Part shown: in pieces, positions 8,804 to 15,177 of the stretch
Layout of the letters: each line of letters starts with the position of its first letter
Position numbering within the stretch: position 1 is the first letter of the stretch
Source of the DNA: an uncultured delta proteobacterium
GTDB taxonomy: Bacteria > Desulfobacterota > Desulfobacteria > Desulfobacterales > JAHEIW01
Direction: 5' to 3'
Length of the DNA: 32,000 nt
Assembly: GCA_963706575.1 (NCBI GenBank)
Contig: CAVPNL010000001.1
Location: 206,311-238,310 of the forward strand
The notes under the pieces: generated by a model
What the model was told of the DNA's origin: nothing
The model's database searches: none
The model's input: the letters and a program-made list of their open reading frames with translations, nothing else
Position numbers and translations under genes: made by a program

Positions 8804-10015
8804 TTAAAAAATTTCCAACGCAGCGTTAACAACTGCCCGGGCAAAGGCTTCATCTTCCATGTGGGCCTGGACTTCGACAATTTGGATTTGAGAATTCAAT
8901 TTTTCACGAAGCTCTTCGATAAAAATGCGATCCTCTTCGGGATTGTGTGTCGGGTTGCCCGGCATGTCCACGGACGACCACCCGTTAAGCGGTATCATCA
9001 TTCTTACCGGGCCCGCGGCACGGTTCAGTTTTTCCGCAAATACCTGGGCCACTTTTTTTAATTCATCCGGTGAAATCCGCAGCCAGGTGCGAAATTTATC
9101 CAGATCGTATTTTGCGCGTTGATGGTGCTCGGGCGTATATCTGGATTTAGAAGGCGTAATATGATTTACACTGCAGGTGGCAATGATCTGAGGGATTCCA
9201 ATCTTGCCGGCCGATTCCAGGCGATTGGGGCCCGCATCCCTCGTAAAACCGAACAGGTGTTCACCAACCCCTCCGGGCGCCAGATCGACGACACCCTGAA
9301 ATAATTTTTGGGAAATCATTTCCTCCATAGCGCGGTCGCAGATCCCGGCGGCATGGAAGCCGATGACCTGGTAGCCTGCTTTTTGCAATTCGGCCTGAAC
9401 CCGACTGGCACATTCATCGCAGGGTCCCAGCATGGTCAGTGCGATGGCCGTACTTTTGCCCGTTCCGGGTGAAGTGACGTTGCCTTGAACCATCCCGGCA
9501 AGGGCACAGGCTGCCCGATCAAAAACATTTTTAAGCAAATCCGAAAGCCCCGACAATTCGATGACCGAATGAAAAAGGATAATGTCACCGGTACCGATAT
9601 AGCGGGTGGAAAGACCGGGGAGGGCCGCGGCCGAAGAAATCATCAATTTGGGAAAACCGAAGGGCAGGGACCGCATCACTTCAGTAACCATCAGAGAGCC
9701 GGTGGCACCGCCCATGCCGGTAACCCCGTGGATTTTGCCTTCCACTTGCAGTTGCTTGGCGATGGTGGAGGCCCCCGCGATGGTGATGTTGGTTATCCGG
9801 GCGCGATCTTTCGACTGGCGGATGTCTTCAAAGCGGCTTCCCCCCGCTTCAGCCACACGATCCGGCAGAATATCGGCTTCCGAAGCCCCGTCACCGCGCA
9901 TCGAAATATCCATTAGCAGGGCATTGAGCCCGAGCGACTCCACCTGCTCCTTGAGGTATAAGGTTTCTTCCCTTTTGGTATTCAGGGTAGAGATAATCAG
10001 AACAGTCTTTTTCAT
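8804..10015 (-). CDS. Tm-1-like ATP-binding domain protein (UPF0261 family), copy 1
   Basis: The protein is 403 aa. The N-terminus KKTVLIISTLNTKREETLYLKEQV matches the UPF0261 pattern (xIxxxGTxDTKxEE). It also has GMGGATGS and an overall two-lobe layout. Confidence 0.7.
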   Translation of the reverse strand: MKKTVLIISTLNTKREETLYLKEQVESLGLNALLMDISMRGDGASEADILPDRVAEAGGSRFEDIRQSKDRARITNITIAGASTIAKQLQVEGKIHGVTGMGGATGSLMVTEVMRSLPFGFPKLMISSAAALPGLSTRYIGTGDIILFHSVIELSGLSDLLKNVFDRAACALAGMVQGNVTSPGTGKSTAIALTMLGPCDECASRVQAELQKAGYQVIGFHAAGICDRAMEEMISQKLFQGVVDLAPGGVGEHLFGFTRDAGPNRLESAGKIGIPQIIATCSVNHITPSKSRYTPEHHQRAKYDLDKFRTWLRISPDELKKVAQVFAEKLNRAAGPVRMMIPLNGWSSVDMPGNPTHNPEEDRIFIEELREKLNSQIQIVEVQAHMEDEAFARAVVNAALEIF

Positions 10016-10039
10016 CGGCTATATTTTAGTAAAGTGTTG

Positions 10040-10112
10040 CTCACGCAAAGCCGCTTAGCAAGTAAGGTTTAAAGCTAAAAATCTTCTTTGCGACGTTGCG
10101 TCTTTGCGTGAG
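10040..10112 (-). other. Intercistronic stem-loop between the CoA ligase and the Tm-1-like gene
   Basis: A perfect 11-bp inverted repeat, ctcacgcaaag (10040-10050) / ctttgcgtgag (10102-10112), encloses 51 nt that contain two tctttgcg direct repeats. No U-run follows on the coding (minus) strand. Confidence 0.5.
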
Positions 10113-10123
10113 GCCAATTAAGG

Positions 10124-11779
10124 TTAGGAACTTTCCTGTTTTACTTTCTCGGCGATTTCCTTTTTAAGCGTCTCTTTATTGACTTTTCCGGAATCGCCGA
10201 CGGCCGGAAATTCGGACACGACCTCCAAGCGTTCCGGCAGTTTGAACATGGCCAGCTGTTTGCCCTTCAGGAATTCCACCATCTCATCGAAGGCAAAATC
10301 CTGGCCGGCTTTGGGTATCACATAAGCGCAGGCGCGTTCACCCATCTCTTTGTCAGGGTAGCCGACAATAGCCACCGAGGCCACCTTGGGGTGATCGTTT
10401 AACAATCCCTCGATTTCAGCCGGATAGATGTTTTGGCCGCCGCGAATAATCATGTCTTTTGAGCGGCCCAGAATCCACAGGCATTCCTGGTCGAATTTGA
10501 CGATGTCTCCGGTGGTGGTCCAGCCATCGGGGTCGAATACCGTGGCGGTAAGCTCCTCATCACGGTAATAGCCGGCAGGCGCGTGGGGGCCTCTGAAATA
10601 GAGGATGCCGGGCTCTCCATCCGGCACTTTATTGCCGTCTTCATCCAACAGGCGTACCTTGTTGCCGGGCAGCATGCGGCCGACGGTTCGGCGTCTGAGG
10701 TCTTTGGTATCCTCCACCCGGCATCCGGATACCGAGCCCATATCCTGGGTGCCCAGGTCGCTGGTGATGACGGCACCGAAGGCCTGTTCTGCTTCTTCGG
10801 CAATCTGGGGTGAGAGGTAGCCGCCGGCAGAGCGAATAAAACGCAAAGAGCTTAAGTCATATTTGGAGGTGTCGCATTCCAGCATCCGCACCAGGTGGGT
10901 GGGGACCACACCGATGGCAGTAGCCTTTTCTTTTTCTATCAGGGCCAGGGCGTCTTGCGGGACGAACTCTTCCAGCATGACTGTTTTGGCGCCGGCCAGC
11001 GGCGCTGCAAAGTAGGTCAGAGTTCCGGCTGCACCGCCGGCGTGCGGGGCAATCGCCATGGTAATATCATTGTTGTTCAGGCCCCAGATGCTCACGCGTC
11101 CCTTTGACGTGCAGACACGGGGGGCGGTAGGCCATTCCACCAGCTTGGGCAGCCCGGTGGTGCCGGAAGTGGTTGTCAGCAGGGCGACATTCCAGAGCGG
11201 ATCCAGTCGTCTTTCGTTAAGCACATTTTCATCAATGGGATTTTCAGCGGCCTCCCGGGCCAATTGGGTCAGAGAATAGGTGTTCTCCGGAGCTGAATCC
11301 GGCACGGTGTCGTCAAAAAGGAAAATATTTTTTAGATGCGGAAAGCGCTGTTGCAGGTCCTTATACATTTCAAGATAATCAAAATTGCGGTATTCATGAG
11401 GAATCACCACCGCTGTGGCTTCCGTTCTTTCTACCATGTATTCCAATTCTCTTTGACGCAGATACGGATAGACCGTCAGAGATATGAGGCCGGCTCTTTC
11501 GCTGGCAATTCTGGCCAGAAAGCCGTAAACACTGTTTGGGGACTGAATAATAATACGTGAATATTGCGGGATTCCCATTTGAACCCAGGTAGCGGCAATT
11601 CCGTCCACTAGGCGTTTGGCCTGCGCCCATGTCACGCGAAATTTGGAATCCACCAGCGCTTCCTGGTCGCCGTACTCGCGGGCATTTCTATTCCAGAAGT
11701 CGTAAAAGAGCTCCTGGGTCCAGTATCCTTCGTTTAAAAATTCGTCCACCATCTCTTTTTGATAACGAATGGGTTTCAC
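10124..11779 (-). CDS. AMP-forming acyl/aryl-CoA ligase
   Basis: The gene has a GTG start with GGAGG 7 nt upstream. Motifs are TTSGTTGLPKLVEW, TGDIV...GRSKDMIIRGGQNIYP and a C-terminal GKVNK. Confidence 0.85.
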   Translation of the reverse strand: MKPIRYQKEMVDEFLNEGYWTQELFYDFWNRNAREYGDQEALVDSKFRVTWAQAKRLVDGIAATWVQMGIPQYSRIIIQSPNSVYGFLARIASERAGLISLTVYPYLRQRELEYMVERTEATAVVIPHEYRNFDYLEMYKDLQQRFPHLKNIFLFDDTVPDSAPENTYSLTQLAREAAENPIDENVLNERRLDPLWNVALLTTTSGTTGLPKLVEWPTAPRVCTSKGRVSIWGLNNNDITMAIAPHAGGAAGTLTYFAAPLAGAKTVMLEEFVPQDALALIEKEKATAIGVVPTHLVRMLECDTSKYDLSSLRFIRSAGGYLSPQIAEEAEQAFGAVITSDLGTQDMGSVSGCRVEDTKDLRRRTVGRMLPGNKVRLLDEDGNKVPDGEPGILYFRGPHAPAGYYRDEELTATVFDPDGWTTTGDIVKFDQECLWILGRSKDMIIRGGQNIYPAEIEGLLNDHPKVASVAIVGYPDKEMGERACAYVIPKAGQDFAFDEMVEFLKGKQLAMFKLPERLEVVSEFPAVGDSGKVNKETLKKEIAEKVKQESS

Positions 11780-11821
11780 AGGTATCCTCCCTTTGCGTGT
11801 TTAAATCGTTCTGTGGTAATG

Positions 11822-12352
11822 CTAGTCTTCCTCTTTTTTAGATGCGGCGCGTTTGGCCTTAAGACCGGCTTTAAATGTTTCCCAAAATTGCCTGTCGGTA
11901 TCTTTCCAGGCCGCTCCCCAGCGTTTTTCGAAATAGGAAACCGGTAGACGGTCATGCCAGGACTTCCAGGGATCGCGGCCTTCCTTTTTTGCGATCAATA
12001 CATCCGTCAAATAGTCAATAATGTTTGTCAGCTCTTCTTTGGGCAAATAAGACACCGCGCCCTCTTTGATCGATCGCACAAGATTATCCGGGCTCCAGGC
12101 ATGCGCGGTCAGCATGACCGCCGGGATGTTTTTGCGGGTCGCAATTTCCAGCAGACCGTAACCGTCAACCCCCATAATATCCAGGATCACCAGATCAAAC
12201 GGTTGCGATTCCAGCATTTTCCGGGCTTCCTTAAATGAAGGCGCGGTTACCAACTTACACATCGGCAGTAAATCGACCAATGTGTCCAGAACATCCTGCT
12301 CGTCGTCGACTGCCAGGACCCGTTTGCCATCCAATAACTTATGCTCTGCCAT
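11822..12352 (-). CDS. Single-domain response regulator (CheY-like receiver with an uncharacterised ~55-aa C-terminal tail, no recognisable HTH)
   Basis: VLAVDDEQDV, DLVILDIMGVDG (phospho-acceptor Asp), MLTAHAW and YLPKE match the conserved receiver-domain positions. Confidence 0.8.
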   Translation of the reverse strand: MAEHKLLDGKRVLAVDDEQDVLDTLVDLLPMCKLVTAPSFKEARKMLESQPFDLVILDIMGVDGYGLLEIATRKNIPAVMLTAHAWSPDNLVRSIKEGAVSYLPKEELTNIIDYLTDVLIAKKEGRDPWKSWHDRLPVSYFEKRWGAAWKDTDRQFWETFKAGLKAKRAASKKEED

Positions 12353-12378
12353 CTTTGCAGTTCCTTTTTACTTTTTTC

Positions 12379-12505
12379 TCTGCGGATTATTGCCACAGAT
12401 AACTCAGGTTTCGGAAAACAAATAATATCCGCAGATTTTCGCAGATTAAAAAATTATTAATAAATCTCTTTTGTTCAATCCGTGTAATCTGCGTAATCTG
12501 CGGAT
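12379..12505. repeat. Array of five to six copies of a 9-11 bp motif (AATCTGCGGAT / ATCCGCAGATT) in both orientations
   Basis: Copies are tctgcggat 12379-12387, atccgcagatt 12427-12437, tcgcagatt 12439-12447, aatctgcgt 12486-12494 and aatctgcggat 12495-12505, plus a degenerate ccacagata near 12393. The 12427 and 12495 copies are perfect reverse complements. Confidence 0.65.
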
Positions 12506-12521
12506 AAAAGCTTTTAATACG

Positions 12522-13928
12522 CTAAAGGCCTAGCTCAGACCATCTTGCCTGAACCTTTTTTACGATTTCCGGATCCAGCTCGATGGGAATTGGCTTGTCT
12601 TTCCAGTCATAGGGAATCGTGGCATCCAGCAGGAGCCGGCCGGTAATCTCCCTGGCATTTATGGGAAGCGAGGGGTCAAGCGGTGTTGATCTTCCGCGTT
12701 TAATCACCTGAGACCGGTTGGGCTGGAACCGGAAGCTCAGGGCATACATGACCCGCGGGATATCCCAGGGATCAATATCTTCATCCACGACGATAACCGT
12801 CTTCAGTCCATAGGCACCCATCTCGGTAGAAATAGCCGCGGTCAGAACCTGATCGGCATGCCCGGGATACATCTGCTTCATGGAGATGATGGCGAGAAAC
12901 CGTCCGGATCCTTCCGGCGGGCAGTAAACCCCCTTCAAGCCCGGTATTTTCATGGCCAGCAGCTGCTGCCACAGGGTCGCGCCGTATGAAAGTGCCATGG
13001 TCATATGCGTGTCGGTGACTGCTCGGCCCACGGTGGTTCCCCATAAAATGGGGTTGTTTCTGTGGGTGACGCATTTGACATCGATGTAATTGCGGGGATC
13101 CGTCCCCACCCCGGAATAATAGCCGGTATATTCTCCAAACGGCCCTTCTTCCATGAATTTATCGGCATCCACTTCACCTTCGATGACGATTTCGGCATGA
13201 GCCGGTATGGGCAGATCCACGGTTTCTCCCTTCACCACTTCAACGGCTTCGCCTCGCAGAGCGCCGTACACATCATATTCCGATACAAATGCAGATACAC
13301 GGGCCGCCCCTAAGACAAAGAGCAGCGGGTCGCATCCGATCACCGAAGCCACCGGCATGGGTTTGCCCATGGCCTGGTATTTCTTCAGCATGATGTCGGC
13401 GTGTTTTCCTTTGATGAACTGGGTGCCGATTTTGTCTTTCTCTAAAAGCTGGCTGCGGTAGGTCCCCAGATTCACCCATCCGCTCTCCGGATCCTTGCTG
13501 ATGATGAAATGGGCCGTACCGATATAGCGTCCGCCGTCAAGCGGATACCACTGGGGAACCGGGAATTTAAAAAGGTCGATTTGATCGCCGGTTAATATAT
13601 TTTCTTTACACGGTGCGCTTGATGATGCCACTTCTTTAGGCGCTATCAAGTTTTCACCCAGCTTGGCCCATTCTTCATATAGATCCCCCAGCGTGGATTC
13701 AAGCGGCATGCCCATAATCAAAGCCAGTCGCTGGGTTGTGGTGCAGACACTGGTGATGACCGGCGTGTCGTAGTCTTTGACATTTTCAAATAGGAGTGCC
13801 GGACCGCTTTGCTCTTCGTTAAGCTTGGCAATATGCGACAGCTCCAGGTTCCAATCGACTTCGGCCGTGATCCGTTTGCACAGACCCGTTTCCTCGCCTG
13901 CTGCAATAAAATCCCTCATGTCTTTCAT
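12522..13928 (-). CDS. UbiD-family prFMN-dependent (de)carboxylase
   Basis: The protein is about 468 aa. The N-terminus MKDMRDFI...LLFENVKDY and the EGPFGEYTGYYSG motif are typical of UbiD enzymes. AAGGAGG lies 8-9 nt upstream of the ATG at 13928; the track start at 13949 is a TTG. Confidence 0.9.
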   Translation of the reverse strand: MKDMRDFIAAGEETGLCKRITAEVDWNLELSHIAKLNEEQSGPALLFENVKDYDTPVITSVCTTTQRLALIMGMPLESTLGDLYEEWAKLGENLIAPKEVASSSAPCKENILTGDQIDLFKFPVPQWYPLDGGRYIGTAHFIISKDPESGWVNLGTYRSQLLEKDKIGTQFIKGKHADIMLKKYQAMGKPMPVASVIGCDPLLFVLGAARVSAFVSEYDVYGALRGEAVEVVKGETVDLPIPAHAEIVIEGEVDADKFMEEGPFGEYTGYYSGVGTDPRNYIDVKCVTHRNNPILWGTTVGRAVTDTHMTMALSYGATLWQQLLAMKIPGLKGVYCPPEGSGRFLAIISMKQMYPGHADQVLTAAISTEMGAYGLKTVIVVDEDIDPWDIPRVMYALSFRFQPNRSQVIKRGRSTPLDPSLPINAREITGRLLLDATIPYDWKDKPIPIELDPEIVKKVQARWSELGL

Positions 13929-13978
13929 AAAACATTTCCTCCTTTTCAAATTAATAAAATTGCCTTTGGTTAATATAT

Positions 13979-15046
13979 TTACGGAATCTTAATTCGTTTC
14001 ATAGCCTGTTCCATCAAGAGCTGGCGGCCGCTTTTAGCGCCAATGACGGATTGCGTCTTGCGCTGGCTCCATACGGTTTCCGGGCGGGCCTGAACAATAA
14101 ACATGTTTTCCGGAAACGGGATATCTTTATCAATGGCCCATTCGATATCCATGGGGCGGCCGTAATGGTTTTCGATATTTTTAGCAGCGCTGACCAGCGC
14201 TTTGATTTCGTCATCGGCCAGGCAGCAGGTGCACTGCATATCTTCAGCGACATCCGCGTCGACGGTTTCCCCTTTTTCCAGATCATAGACACATTCGATG
14301 TGTTTGGTTGATATGGTCCTTTCATTGATTTCCAGCATGACCTTATCGACCACAAATTTATCCGGGTTGACAGAACCGGAAACCACGGTTTCGCCCAGTC
14401 CCCAGCTGCCCTCGATGAGGACCTTGGAAATATCACCGTTGGTCGGGTTCAGCGTAAACATAACCCCGGCGGCTTTTGAATTGACCATTTTCTGAATGCC
14501 TACACTGATGAGGACCTTGTCATGGGGAAAGTCGTTCTTAATGCGGTAAGCGATTGCGCGGGGGGTATATAAGCTGGCCCAGCAATTCTGAACTTTGCGG
14601 ATAATCTGATCCGCTCCCTGAATCCAGAGATAGGTGTCCTGCTGACCGGCGAAGCTGGCGGTGGGTAAATCTTCAGCGGTCGCGCTTGAGCGCACCGCTA
14701 CGGGAATCGATTCCACGGCACATTTTTCACACAGTCCGGAATATCCATCCTTGATGGCCTCGCTGACAGCATCCGGCATTGGGGTCTTTTTGATTAACGC
14801 CTGCACGTCGGCGCTGGCATTATTGAGGGCCGCCACATCATCGGGGTTCAGATCGGAAACCCTATCGATAATCCGGGTTTTAATATCGGCATCGGTAATG
14901 AATAATAAATAACTGTCAGTAGTTACCGCAAATCCGGGCGGGACCCGAATAGCGGCTTTGATCATTTCTCCCAGGCTGGCATTCTTGCCGCCGACAATGG
15001 GGATTGAATTTTTATCCAGTTTTTCGAAATCCAGGATATAATCCAT
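13979..15046 (-). CDS. PEP-synthase N-terminal (ATP-grasp, PPDK_N) domain protein; phenylphosphate synthase beta-subunit-like (PpsB-like)
   Basis: Motifs are VGGKNASLGEM, VAVRSSATAEDLPTASFAGQQDTYL and DIEWA...IVQARPET. I prefer the start at 15046 (MDYILDF, with AAGGAAG 5 nt upstream); the alternative ATG is at 15061. Confidence 0.8.
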   Translation of the reverse strand: MDYILDFEKLDKNSIPIVGGKNASLGEMIKAAIRVPPGFAVTTDSYLLFITDADIKTRIIDRVSDLNPDDVAALNNASADVQALIKKTPMPDAVSEAIKDGYSGLCEKCAVESIPVAVRSSATAEDLPTASFAGQQDTYLWIQGADQIIRKVQNCWASLYTPRAIAYRIKNDFPHDKVLISVGIQKMVNSKAAGVMFTLNPTNGDISKVLIEGSWGLGETVVSGSVNPDKFVVDKVMLEINERTISTKHIECVYDLEKGETVDADVAEDMQCTCCLADDEIKALVSAAKNIENHYGRPMDIEWAIDKDIPFPENMFIVQARPETVWSQRKTQSVIGAKSGRQLLMEQAMKRIKIP

Positions 15047-15071
15047 ATTTGCTTCCTTCATAGCCTACCAT

Positions 15072-15104
15072 CTGAAACCCCCTCCCTAAGGGAAGGGGTT
15101 TCAG
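15072..15104 (-). other. Strong intercistronic hairpin between the PpsA-like and PpsB-like genes
   Basis: The arms ctgaaaccccctccc / gggaaggggtttcag form a 15-bp stem with one mismatch and a 3-nt loop (taa). No U-run follows on the minus strand, so this is not a canonical terminator. Confidence 0.6.
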
Positions 15105-15177
15105 CATGGAGGCTCAATTTGCATGGTCCAGATTGGCACTAAAGGCTAAAGCTTTTCAGGATAACCGCGTAAAGTGG

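Noticed and set aside
12379-12505. The repeated AATCTGCGGAT units might be a small CRISPR array.
   Set aside because: The units are only 9-11 nt, occur in both orientations, and have irregular spacers of 0-40 nt. No cas genes or leader are present. This is not CRISPR-like.
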